A stretch of DNA of 63,590 bases, counting the filler. It is 15 parts of 15 records of this genome, joined end to end, with 100 filler letters (N's around TTAATTAATTAA, not from the genome) between each part and the next. Parts side by side here need not be neighbours in the genome. Positions count along the whole stretch, not along the records: positions 45,328 to 49,791 come from SRR15195285_8413; positions 49,892 to 56,856 come from SRR15195285_8429; positions 56,957 to 60,125 come from SRR15195285_8438; 12 more parts are not named here. The stretch is one strand, 5' to 3'. Position 1 is the stretch's first letter; every line of letters starts with the position of its first letter. Position numbers and translations under genes: made by a program. Under the pieces are notes generated by a model that saw only the letters and a list, made by a program, of their open reading frames with translations, was not told the DNA's origin and did no database searches. Positions 45,411 to 57,261 of this stretch are shown here, piece after piece.

Positions 45411-46106
45411 ATGACCACCATCCGGCGCTTCACGACAGACGACATGTTCCAGTTCAACAACATCAACCTGGACCACCTGACCGAGACCTACAACCTGAAC
45501 TTCTACCTGCAGTATCTGGCCCAGTGGCCGGAGTACTTCCTCGTGCACGAGGCGCCCGAGGGACGGCTGACGAGCTACGGTGAGGCGCGCCAGGGCCTCT
45601 GCGCCTCGCCTACTGCCGCGCATACACCCCACCGGCGCGCGGCCATTGTTCGCAGTTATGGGCAAGGCTGAGGGCTCACCGCTCATCACCGACAAGATGC
45701 CATGGCACGGGCACGTTACCGCAGTGACGGTTGACCCAGACTATCGGCGACTCGGCCTTGCCGACGGCCTGATGCACGGCCTGGAGGAGATCTCCGAGAA
45801 GACACACAACGCGTTCTTTGTCGACCTGTTCGTCCGCGTCTCAAACACCGTGGCCGTACGTGCGCCCGAGTACTTTCGCCGCTTTACAGGTTTGCAGGTG
45901 GCGGAACCTAACCGCATGTGTTTCACGCGCAGATCAACATGTACAAGAAGTTTGGATACAGTGTGTACCGTCAGGTTGTGGGCTATTATTCCGGTCCAAA
46001 CTCTGAGGACGCCTACGATATGCGGAAAGCTCTGCCGCGAGACACGCAGAAGCGCTCCACAATTCCGCTAGACCCATTGGAGGTGCTACCTAGTGAGGTC
46101 GACTAG
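45411..46106 (+). CDS. NAA20: N-alpha-acetyltransferase 20 (NatB catalytic subunit); 3 exons
   Basis: MTTIRRFTTDDMFQFNNINLDHLTETY..YLAQWPEY, MGKAEG..WHGHVTAVTV, FVDLFVRVSN, YSVYRQV..EDAYDMRKALPRD; introns 45580-45655 and 45856-45932. Confidence 0.96.
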
Positions 46107-46232
46107 CCAGGGCGCCTCGGGCAGGTGCGCAGCTCGGGGCGAGTACAGATATTTACGGCACGGATAATAGTAGCTGGTCAAGAAATTTTTGCATTATTGA
46201 TAAATTGGGGATAGTCGTCACATCCATCAATA

Positions 46233-49200
46233 TTACGGTAGCCGAAAGCCGTTGTTCATGCCCTGCTCGGTGGTCGGCGTGCCTGGCAAGATCGTCTCGC
46301 CGTCGCCGCTCACTCCCATCGCTGGATCGATGCCGAGCTGACTCGCCATGGCGTCCAGTTTCTGGTTGAGCTGCGCCGACAGCGTATCGACCTGCTGGGT
46401 AATGAGCTGCGCCATCCTTGTTTCCAGCTTCTGCAGTTGACTCGCGCTCAAGCTCGCACCGGCAAATGCAGACGGTTGACCTGACGAAGCAGACGCCAAC
46501 CTGGAGATGGGAGGACTCATTCCCAAGCTTCCCATCATGCTAACAAGCGACGGCGACGCCATGCCTGGCGAATCCACGTCGTTGATCCCGGGAGCTGCTG
46601 ACAAAGTTTTCTTGATCATCGCTGCCTCCTGCAGCTTTAAGCCCTTCGTCTTCTGCTTTGTTCCCATCTTCTTGCCTGCCTTTGAGATACGTTTGATCCG
46701 CAAAGCTAGCTCTGGATACCTTTCCCGCAGGTCTGCGATGTCGGCAGCAGTAAGGAAGCACAGCTTGCTGTCTGTCATGGCTGTGATCGTCCGTGTCCGA
46801 ACCTCCGAGCCCGTGCTGGCGTCGAGAATTGGTACCTCGCCAAAAAATGCACCGTCACTCAGAAAGCCCAGCCTTTGTCCGTGCTGTGTGACCTCAAGCT
46901 CGCCAACCATGAGCATATACATCTCGTTGCCAGTTGAGCCCTCTTCAAAGATCACCTGCTGCTTTACTGCGATCATCGGCTGAACTGCGCCGCACAGCGC
47001 CCCAAGAATCTCCTGCGAAAGCTCGCGAAAGATGGGGACCGAGGCCAGAAACTTGCCGTAGAGGTGCGTGCGAAAGTTGTCGCGCATTGCCGGCGGCATG
47101 TCGGCAAGAATTTCCGCCTCCGAGCATTGTGCTTGAACCTTGAAATGGTGCCGAAAATAGTTCAAAGCATGGCTCTGTTTCACGCGAGGCACGCGATGGG
47201 CCGTCATCCATTGCTTGATACCGCGGAGCTTGTCTGTGACCTCGCGCTCATGGCCACTCATGCCAATGAGCAAGGCGGACATCACACCTGCGACCGCACC
47301 GTCTATCATAACCATCATCATGTAGGCGAACACAGCAGTCATACGCTCCATGTTTGTGTTGCCGTTCCCATCGAGAGCGTTGAACACGTAGTACATAGAG
47401 GAGATGAATCTTGTCGATGTCGACACAACCATGTCGTTGCCATCCTGGTCAGACCACGGCTCGAGATACACCCAACCGACAACTTGTACGAGTTGATCGT
47501 TCTCCTCGTATCCTTCGCTCCCGATCTGATAATAACCAAGGTTTTCCGGAGTCGGGCTATTTCCGACCGAATACCAGATGCACGTAAGAAAGTGAGCGGT
47601 GAACATGATGATTGCAAGCATGGAAAGGATGCCCATGTACTCCTGCACCACCATGAGGTTCTCGTACTTCTGCATAATGCGTTTGAGACGCGCCAGCCGA
47701 AGCATTTTAGACAGCTTTAGCAAGCGCAGACTCTTCAGGGCCTTCAAATTGTCGGGGGATGCGGTGTCAGTCTCGCCAGCGGTACTGCCTGTAGCATCCC
47801 TCAAGGCCGCCTGCTCGATAGCATAAGAGATATGTCCAACGGGTATGCAGCTCACGAAGTCGATAGGAAACCATCCACGCATGTAGCTCTTTGCTATTGT
47901 TCTCGGGTTCGTTTCTCTTACGCCTTTCGTGTTCACAAATGCAGTCCTGAAGTTCAAGACTAAGTCTACGATAAAGTAGACATCGACGAACGTGTCGAAC
48001 CACCACGCGAATGACATGAATTCCACTGTGACTTCGAACGATGCTCGTAAAGGCACCGTGATCGAAACGTACAATAGAAACACTATCTGCACCAGATCCC
48101 ACACGACAGAGAAGGTACTCTCTGGGTCACGGATCCACTTAGGAATCGGCGGCTCCCCAAATAAGCTCTCTGTATGTCCGTAAATGTCATGGAGGTCGCC
48201 CCACTCTTTCTTCATCGCAGCCATCACCCACAGCCGAGGTCTCAGGAAGTTCCACAAATCAGGTGCAGGCCGTTGTTTTGTCAGCTTACTGTGCTTTCGC
48301 ATAGGCTCCAGTACCGTGAAGCTACCACCTGACCGTGTTCTCGAGTCGCCAGCGGAGGGGCTGGCTGGGGGGCCTGATTCGTCCTGTGGCAGTGCCCCGC
48401 CGATTTGCGACAATTTGTGTGAAAAGTACTCAGGTAGCACTGGCGCATCCGCCTCCACCAGTCCCATTCGGTCCTTCCACCACCTCTCAAAATCGGGGAA
48501 CGTGATCCCTTCTGCCTTCATGGAGCCCTCAGGTGCACCCAGCGTCATATCATGCCAGTCCATGTCCGCGTCATACTCTGGTGGCAGAAGCATCAGCAGC
48601 TTCTTACACCGCTTGATGAGCTTCTGCACTTCCACATAGTCCAGCGTCCCTGAGCGATCGGCATCCATCCTCTCGAACAACGATTTGACCTCGAGCCGGT
48701 GCTTCCTGCGCTGTGCACCCATTCGGATATTGTAGACTTGCACAAACGCGCCAAACCCGACTTCTCGTTCGCCATCACCTGAAACGAAGGCGGTCTTGTC
48801 GTCGGTTCTGCCTTGGTTCATGATCTGGACATCCATCCAGATGTCGTCGAAGGACCAGTTTGTCTTCAGCTGTGTGTTCAAGGACTTGATTTCAGCCTCG
48901 TCGAGGAAACCGTTGCCATTGGTATCCGCCGCATGCCAGATTGAGTACAGCGCTGCACTAGTTGGGTGCTGCTGCGGAGAGATCACAGCTCGCTCGACCT
49001 GCACCGACGAGCAGCGAAGCTGTTAGCCGCCAACGGACAGAGCGCAGCCGCTGGCACGCGGGAGCGGGCGTACATCAGCTTGATGGTACGAGTACGCAGT
49101 CTTTCGTGGACTGGGCGTGGGGGCCCCCAGCGCCAGCGCGGCGTTGACCGCAGCCTGCCGAGCTTGGGGGCTGGCGGCACCGTCGTCGTCGGAGTTGTCG

Positions 49201-49400
49201 TCCTCCCCTAGTCCTTCGCCCAGGTCCACCAACGGCCGCAGACATGCGGTGTGAACGCTGCCCCGCCTCCCTTTTCTTCCCCGAGGGCTAGGCCCTTTTG
49301 AAGTCACGGGCGGCGCACTATTTGGTACTTGTACCATGTCTTCGTCGCAATGCCTATCGCCGTCGTTGCCAGCATCAGTCAACTGCTTCCCAGCCGACAT
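46233..49400 (-). CDS. CNBD-containing (KCNH/HCN-like) 6TM channel with N-terminal EF-hands and atypical pore; 2 exons
   Basis: EF loops DTNGNGFLDEAE and DADRSGTLDYVE; WDLVQIVFLLY, DLVLNFRTAF, YMRGWFPIDFVSCIP, S4 LRLLKLSKMLRLARLKR; CNBD LSDGAFFGEV..RTRTITA. Confidence 0.85.
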
Positions 49401-50585
49401 CCCGCCGAACCTCTCCAGTCCGCACGCCCCGCTACCCTCCCACTACCCTCCCAGCAGCTCCTCCACGCTCTCCATCCCTCCCAAACTGCCCCTGCTTCTG
49501 GAGGGGACCACCGCTGCCGTCGATCGCTGTGGTGGTTGATCTCTCTCGCCTCTGCGCAGCGCTACGGCGGTTCCATTTGGTGGCAACCGCCAGTGCAGCG
49601 TACCCGGTTCCGTCCGGACAACCGCAATTCAAGTACTAGTAGTCATATTGCATTATGGTACTCAATTGTATTGTAATTAGCACGAGTTTTGGCGAACCAG
49701 TTTGCGTGAGCGAACCCCTCACGCCTTCGCCTACTGCATGATGGACAGAATGACCTCTTGGTAGGTTGCGCCCCTGTACGTGAACGTAAAANNNNNNNNN
49801 NNNNNNNNNNNNNNNNNNNNNNNNNNNNNNNNNNNTTAATTAATTAANNNNNNNNNNNNNNNNNNNNNNNNNNNNNNNNNNNNNNNNNNNNGTACACCGT
49901 TCCGTATCCTATGCGCAAGCCCACTTGTTCTCAGGTAGGGTGTCACAAAGCGCCCAAAGCTGCGCTTCGTAGCTTCGGTGTGGTGGTGGTATAGGGGGCT
50001 GTGCTGTGTGCTCACGCGGGATAGGAGAGGGTGTGAACAGGCGTGACGCCTTGTTTAGCATATGTGAGTTGTTTACAAAACATTAGAACATGATTGATAT
50101 CGCATGTGGCATTGTTTTGTGGGAGACCAGTATATCATCATGTGCAGAGCCAATTTCTTAAATGGTTGGTGCTCGAGATCGCACGCTTTCGCGTTTCGGG
50201 GGACAAGCCCTCAACGCGCTCCAGCCGCGGCCAATCGGCAATGCACCCGCCGGCGCCGCCGGATCGGCGGTCGCGATGTGACAGGCAGCCCGCTTTCTTC
50301 GAATTTGCAATTTCAGTTTACACGAGCCTATAGATCTAGCTAGTGAGTTTACTATTAGTACAAACTACTTGAATCTTGTACCCGGTAGCGGGCCGAGCGG
50401 TACAGTACCGAGTAGGATCCTACGGTACCCGATAATCGTAGGAATTGCTATGCCGCAGATGCTACCGGCGGCGCGCGGTGGGGCGGCCGGTGCGCGGCGG
50501 TGCGTTTGGATTGAATTTCACACCGCTCCGCTCGTGCGCTGCCCTGTGTTCACAGCACGCCGAGGCTCGCGAGCTGCTGTTCAAG

Positions 50586-53267
50586 ATGCGCTGGGCTGCC
50601 GTGAGCACGCTGCTCTTGCTGGGCTGCGTTGCGCAGCATGCGTGGGCGGATGAGTGGGAGGAGGATGATGAGGTCGTGGTCGAAGAGGATGTGCCGGAGC
50701 AGCCGGTGGATCCAGCGGCCGAGGCTCGAGCGAACCACGCGCGGATGCACGGCGCGCCGCAGTGGGCCAACGACCCCGAAGTTCTGGTGAGTGTGAGGAA
50801 TGCGACGCCGTTCACGCGCAGGTGTGCTGATATTTTGGCGTGGTCCGTAGGCCGTGATGGAGGAGCCCAGGGTCAAGGAGCTCCTCGAGACCATGACGAC
50901 GCGCGAGGGTGCCGAAGCCGCCGGGAAGTAAGTGTCGTGACTCAGCCCTCAGCCCGTTGCATCCGCTGCATCGTTTACCCACCAGCCGCTGAGACTCGTG
51001 ACGTACACCAGGACCATCTTCGAAGATCCAGAGCTTTCACAGAAATTCAGCTTTCTGCAGTCGGTGGGTTCCACGCGCATCTCTGCTCTCACCTTCACTG
51101 TCTCGAGTGTATTCTACGGGGGCGGACTAACACGCAACTGGACGATTGCAGCGCGGGGTGTTTGGGCCGCCACCTGGAGCAGGTGGCGGTGGCGGTGCGC
51201 CAGGTGGCGGTGCGCCAGGCGGCGGCGCGCCACCGCAAGAGGTGGCCGGCGCGGCCTTCGACTTCAATAAAGACGGCAAACTGGACCCGAATGAGTTCGT
51301 ACAGATGATCTTTCACCAGAAGCCTGATGCGAAAGACATGACGAAAGAGGAGCTCGTCGAGCTGTTCCAGGAAGTCGACACAGATCACTCTGCAGATGTC
51401 TCTGAGAAAGAGTACGATGCGTGGGTCGACAAGCAAAAGGAGGAACAGAACAAAGAGTAACTCGTCTTTCAAATCAAATGATGTCCAGCAGAGCGCCCCG
51501 CCTCAGATCGGCTCTTCGTCCTCACGCTTGTACGTGGCAATGCTAGATACGAAAAGATTGCCAATCAAGCGAGGGAAGAATATATGGGCGATCAAATGAA
51601 GCAGCTTGAGGAGCATCTGAAGATCTCGTGAGAAGACTTTGACAGGCATCGCCACTACGTCGTACCGCCTGCGCTACTATTTCCAAGCAGCAGCTCGGGA
51701 CGCAGCTGTCCAAAACTCAACCGAAACCTCGCTCGTCACCTGTGCAGGAACATGGATGCGGCAGAAAAGGGCCTGACCGAGCAGGTTGCGCTCGATGGTG
51801 GTTGGTTCACGTTTGGCTCGCTGGATGTGGATGAGGATGGATTTCAGGAGTACGCTGATAAAGTAGAGACTGAAAACAAGCGGGTTGAAGATATGTAAGC
51901 TTCGCTCCACACATATGCATCAGAATGGCTGCTCGATTCGTCTTTTCCCGCCGCGTGTTTACCTACATGTGCATCTGCAGCCTTCCCCACTGCTTGTCAA
52001 TACTGTCTACTGGTGTCTGCTTGCATACTGTAGGAAAGAGCAGATCGGTGACGAGACTTTTGACTTGATCAATATGCAGCTGACTGGCATGGGACGGCAA
52101 GGCATGGAAAAGGGCACCGCCAATACTCGAGACGGAGGCCTTGCGGCTGATGTTGCCAAATGCAAGCCGTTTGCAATGGACAAGACTGCGGTGACAAACA
52201 CACAATTTCGTCATTTCATCCGTGACACCAAATACAAGACCGAGGCAGAAGTATTTGGTTGGTCTTTTGTTCTTGAACTGCTGGCTTCAGAAGACACCAT
52301 CGAGCTAGTAGACGATAAGGAGAAAGGTCTAGGCCGTGTGAAGGACACACCCTGGTGGATGGGGGTGGAGGGCGCATATTGGCGTCGGCCTGAGGGCCCT
52401 GACTCGTCCATCAAGGATCGGGGAGACCACCCAGCCGTTCATGTCTCGTGGAATGACGCCGCGGCCTACTGCAAATGGGCCGGGCGCAGACTGCCTACCG
52501 AGAAGGAGTGGGAGTTTGCGGCGCGCGGGGGCTTAGATGGATCGGCTGGGAACGTTTATCCTTGGGGAATCGACCCATATGGAGCGCAGTGCAACTCATG
52601 GGAGGGCGAGTTTCCTCGCGCAAACTCCGAAGAGGACGGCTACACGGGGACCGCTCCTGTCGATGAATACGAGCCGAACGGCTACGGAATCTACAATATG
52701 TGTGGAAATGTGTGGGAGTGGGTGGATGGTGGGACGAAGGAGCAGCGCCCACTGCGTGGAGGTAAGCCTACGTGTGCCATAGTACTCAATGTGCGGTTTG
52801 CAGTCTGAATCACTCGAGTTCAACTCGAGTGAACTCGAGTGAAGTCGAGTGTCATATGGCCGTGTGACGTTCGACCTCATTGATGTGCAATGTGTACTCC
52901 AGGGAGCTATGTGGACACGCTAGAAGGCGCGTACAACCATGCGATCAAGGTCTCCACGCGGATGGAAAACACTGCCGACTCCGGTGGTGCAAACACTGGC
53001 TTCCGGTAAAACACGAACAGCCACGCTGACATTAGATCCCACGGTTGCCTCCGCCCGGTGGACCGCCTGTGTGATTGTTTTAGGGTTCTCTTGCGCAGCT
53101 AGACTAGAAAACGTGTTGTATGGTGGGGTCCACAGTTGTAATCGAATTGTGCGCGCGCGTGCTTCAGATGTGCCATGTCACTGAAGACGCCGAGCAAGAC
53201 TGAGCGCAAAAAGAAGAACAAATCAAAGAAGAAGAAAAGGGAGGCAACTGCACGGGTAGAACTTTAA
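50586..53267 (+). CDS. SUMF2: Secreted/ER protein with EF-hand pair fused to an FGE-sulfatase domain of SUMF2 (pFGE) type; multi-exon
   Basis: Signal peptide; EF loops DFNKDGKLDPNE and DTDHSADVSEKE; phase-consistent exons lead into QVALDGGWFTFGS, VTNTQF, HPAVHVSWNDAAAYC, RLPTEKEWEFAARGG, GNVWEW, RGGSYVDTLEGAYNHAIKVSTRMENTADS..GFRC. Ends RVEL. Confidence 0.75.
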
Positions 53268-54185
53268 TCTTTGTGGCAGATCTATCATACTCGTTTCTCC
53301 GTCTGGGTGCGCACATTGCATGTGATCCGATAAATCAAATGATACTCGAAATGATGAAGCTTCAGTGCACACGAATGGGTTGTTGCAAGTGAGTGCAAGT
53401 GAAATGTTCCCCAACCACCCACCCAGTCGACCGCATTAACCACCCCGTTGTTAGCGCAAGGCGAGCCGTTCGGCGCCATCAGGTTGTTTGCCCGCTCTCG
53501 CCTGTTCCACACAGTTTGGCCAACACTTTCTTCCCCAATGATGCCAGAATAGCCTGGAATCGTCACCCGATATTGATCAGGGCCGTGCCCAACCCACCCC
53601 GGGCAAGTATGCCCTAGGGTATACCATTAGTGCCTGGGTAGGGTAGAGCCTGCATTCCGGTATCGCCACACACGCACGTGAGTCGTGGTGCCACCACCCG
53701 CCCAGCCGTGGCGCCGCGCGGGGGCACTTGGCGCCGTTTGTGGCGGTTTCCGCTGTTCGCTAGCGAAACTGCAACAAACGGTGATCTGCTTCAATCTGGT
53801 CCGCACAAAACTGCCGTATCTTCACCTTCACACTATCATCTTTGTCTGCATATCTGGTCGTAAATACATAAGGAGGGGAGACAACGAAGTCCAGGATTCA
53901 ATTTGTCTTGGTTCCTTGGCTGGTGCAGATACTACTTCCCACCCAAGTTTAACGAGGATTATGGCGAACCGAGGAGCACTTTGCAAAGAAACTGCGGCAC
54001 ACTCTGAGATCTTCACGCGCGAATACTCAATGGCGACCGTGCAACTTGACTGCAAAGCCTGGAAGAGAACTATCACACAGAAGAACTAAGAGACAAGTAG
54101 TTGCTCAGGAACGTCAAGCAATCAACAATATAATGTGTCAAAGACAACGTTGGAGTGAGGGCTTTGTTGACTCTACACACACTAC

Positions 54186-56459
54186 CTAGGGGGTCGCAGA
54201 GATCGAATCCTTAAGATCTAGCATCTCCTGAGCGATTTCTTTTTGCAGCCCCAAAACTTGTGCATTTAGGTCCTCCAACTTCTCAAATCGCTCTTGTGTG
54301 CTGGTTCCTGCCCGTCGGCGTAAGCTGGGGCGGCGTGTGTAAACCTGCGACACGGCCATCCTCACAGCAGCGTCAATCGTCGACGACCGCGTACGTAGTT
54401 CTTGCAGCGATGAGTAGTTTAGCGACTGCACCATACATGAGCTGGAGGCGCAAATTGCGGACCGTGTGCGTGGAAAATGCTTGCCGTTCTCGTCAATGGT
54501 TAGAACCGCGAGCTCCCCAAAGAAATCAAGCTCTTGCAGCTTACCAAGATTTTTGATCCCGCCTGACTGAAACGTCGTTCCTGGCTCAAACGTCGTCCCA
54601 GACTCAAATGTCGTACTGGTACGGGTTGTGTGCTCGCTGCGCTCAATCCGCACCGCACCTTCAGTGATAATGAACATCTCGTCACCGAGGTCGCCCTCAC
54701 GCATAATATATGTATCCCGAGCCGCTGCGCTGTCTTTCCCGGATTGTTGCGCTTGCTGCGCAATGCCGAACTTCTGTGCTTGTAGCTTGCAGCAAATCAT
54801 AATGAGATCGTCCATGTCCACATCCCAGCAGAACGGTATCTTGCTGAGAATTCCACGTTTGCCCGTCTTGTAGTTGTGGATATATCCCAGCTCGGTCGCT
54901 AGCTCGCGCCTCATGGCCATCGGTAGATCGACAAAATGCTGTTCGACGGGGGATGCTGTTCCCCGCTCTGCATAGAGTGTGCGATAAAAGTTTCGAATCT
55001 TGCGTGTGAGCCACGGAGGAATGTGGCGTTCATGCAAGAACCCATGCACAGCCCCAATTGCATCAGCACGTGCCTTTTCCGCCGGGTTGGAGTGAGCGAT
55101 CATGTCCGCGACCTGGCCGATAACCACTGAGGTAACGAAGGTGCCCAGCATGGCCGACACCAACGTCATCACTTGTTCGCTGAGCTGCCCGGCCCTGTAC
55201 ACAGGATCTGCAGTTTGGACTTTGACAATAGACATGGCCGACCAGAAAAAACTGGCAAAATACAAGGAATCATAGTCCTCGTTGGATGTATCGTTGAATC
55301 TAGCTTGCACCCAACCGTCTGCAGTACCATCCGGCTCGGTGCTACCGTCGCCACAAAAGTACCAGCCACAGCACGACCAATGGCTTATAGTTCCAACCAT
55401 CATCGCCATCTTGCCGACTCGGATGGACGTGTTGCCGTACAGCTCCTCTTCCCAACGCTCTAGCAGCCGCTTGATCCTGACGAGGCGAAGCAGCTTCAGC
55501 AAGCGGAATAGCCGCAAGATCCGGATGCCCTTCGTCGACGAAGAACTTTTCCCATCGTCACTTGTGACGAACTCAATATAGCCGACCGGCAAGCAAGACG
55601 CAAAGTCAATCAAGAACCATCCCCTCAGGTAGTTGAAAGCGATGTCCGTTTGAGTGTGTAAGATGTCGCCGTCTGGGGTGATGACGGCCGTCTTGAAATT
55701 CAGGAATATATCAACCACAAAGTAGATGTCCAGCCCTACATCAATCCAGAACCAGAAACTCCACAAGATAACTCCATCGTCAAACCCGATTCTGTACGGT
55801 AGACTGAAGGCGATGTACAGTAGGAACATTGCTTGAGCAAAATCCCATTTGCCACGAAATCTTGCAGTCGGTGAGATCATGCTGCCATCTTCTAGCGCAG
55901 CTAGTGCCAGTTGAAACGGATCAGTGGTGGAGGTTTCCACTCCAGATTGCGCATCCCACCACTCCATCAACTCGGAGCCACTGCTAGTTTCCTTCAGCAT
56001 CACGCCGAGCTGATCTCCCAGTTTGAGCTGGAGGCTGACCTCCAGGATGGCGCGGAGATGGTCCTCGGTAATCGGGCTGTGCCAGTCTGGTTTTTGATCC
56101 GCATCCTTCGGCAGACTCGGCGCCACAAAGCGACGTTCGAAAATATCCCTCTCCGGATTGAGTTTAAATTTGTCGCCTTTATCTTGCCTGGTCATCCTGC
56201 CCTGCACGGCTCGGAGCACCTGATCAAAAAAGTTCTCTGACGCTGCGGGGTCGGCCAGCTGGTTCTCGGGTTCAAGGCATTCGGGTGTGAGGGCAGACCT
56301 GCGCCCTTGTCTTGCAGGGTCTGCGGAGGGAGAAATCCCGCGATTCTCAACCGCTGGATAACCATCGCCACCCTGAGGCGACAGTGCTCCGTCACTGCCA
56401 TCCGAACCCAGTGGGTTCACGAATCTCATTTCGCCAGACATAACCGTGGCGCTGAGCAA
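54186..56459 (-). CDS. Second CNBD-containing (KCNH/HCN-like) channel with atypical pore
   Basis: WDFAQAMFLLY, DIFLNFKTA, YLRGWFLIDFASCLP, S4 IRILRLFRLLKLLRLVRIKR; CNBD IMREGDLGDEMFII..FFGELAVL..RTRSA. First ATG is six codons into the ORF. Confidence 0.85.
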   Translation of the reverse strand: MLSATVMSGEMRFVNPLGSDGSDGALSPQGGDGYPAVENRGISPSADPARQGRRSALTPECLEPENQLADPAASENFFDQVLRAVQGRMTRQDKGDKFKLNPERDIFERRFVAPSLPKDADQKPDWHSPITEDHLRAILEVSLQLKLGDQLGVMLKETSSGSELMEWWDAQSGVETSTTDPFQLALAALEDGSMISPTARFRGKWDFAQAMFLLYIAFSLPYRIGFDDGVILWSFWFWIDVGLDIYFVVDIFLNFKTAVITPDGDILHTQTDIAFNYLRGWFLIDFASCLPVGYIEFVTSDDGKSSSSTKGIRILRLFRLLKLLRLVRIKRLLERWEEELYGNTSIRVGKMAMMVGTISHWSCCGWYFCGDGSTEPDGTADGWVQARFNDTSNEDYDSLYFASFFWSAMSIVKVQTADPVYRAGQLSEQVMTLVSAMLGTFVTSVVIGQVADMIAHSNPAEKARADAIGAVHGFLHERHIPPWLTRKIRNFYRTLYAERGTASPVEQHFVDLPMAMRRELATELGYIHNYKTGKRGILSKIPFCWDVDMDDLIMICCKLQAQKFGIAQQAQQSGKDSAAARDTYIMREGDLGDEMFIITEGAVRIERSEHTTRTSTTFESGTTFEPGTTFQSGGIKNLGKLQELDFFGELAVLTIDENGKHFPRTRSAICASSSCMVQSLNYSSLQELRTRSSTIDAAVRMAVSQVYTRRPSLRRRAGTSTQERFEKLEDLNAQVLGLQKEIAQEMLDLKDSISATP

Positions 56460-57261
56460 CGAGGCTTCTAGACACGCGAGCTACGCCCATCGTACACAGG
56501 GGAGGACCCGCCGCTGGTGTGCATGCGCACTAGGTCGCACACACCAGCACAGCTAGCAGCTGCTTAAATCGGTGCCGGCCCCGACGCGTGACACGACTAC
56601 TCACTCGCTGCACTGCAATCTGCATGCGTCTTCTCTCGCCGTCGCGGCGGCGGCGGACCATCGACGACACGACGCATACGGAGCCAGATGGTAGTAGGAA
56701 TTCCTACTAGTATATAAAATTGTACGATTGTACAGTACTTTTTCAACCGAACACATGGTACAACGTACTATTCATAGTACTAGGAGTACTGGTATAATAC
56801 TAATGGTACATTCTATACAGTACAGTAAAGAAAGTACATTCGGTACATACGAGCCGNNNNNNNNNNNNNNNNNNNNNNNNNNNNNNNNNNNNNNNNNNNN
56901 TTAATTAATTAANNNNNNNNNNNNNNNNNNNNNNNNNNNNNNNNNNNNNNNNNNNNAACCTGGGCACATGCATTTGAAGACCGGATTGTTGCTGGGGCGG
57001 CTCGCGCGCCCTGCGCAATGCTGCGATGCGGCGCGGGGTCTGTGCGCCCGCCGCGCGCGCGGTCGCGCGGTACGCCGGCGCGCCGGCGTATCGACGGAGC
57101 GAGGAAAGGCGGTCTAGCTTACGTAGAGCGCGCTCTAGAGCCGTAGTGGGTCCGTCGCTCGTGTAGCAAACTTGCCCGTGCCAGTCCGGGTACCAGTGCC
57201 GGCGCCAGTGGCCGTACAGCCAGCTATCCTGAGCGCTGCACGCAAGAGTAGCTGAGATCGA

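Noticed and set aside
52811-52851. Tandem palindromic 10-mers (AACTCGAGTG) inside a SUMF2 intron
   Set aside because: Four short copies without spacers; simple intronic minisatellite.
53285-53760. Possible minus-strand exons with a fasciclin H2-like motif (ANNGVVNAVDWV)
   Set aside because: Only one short motif, and I could not build a convincing start-to-stop gene model.
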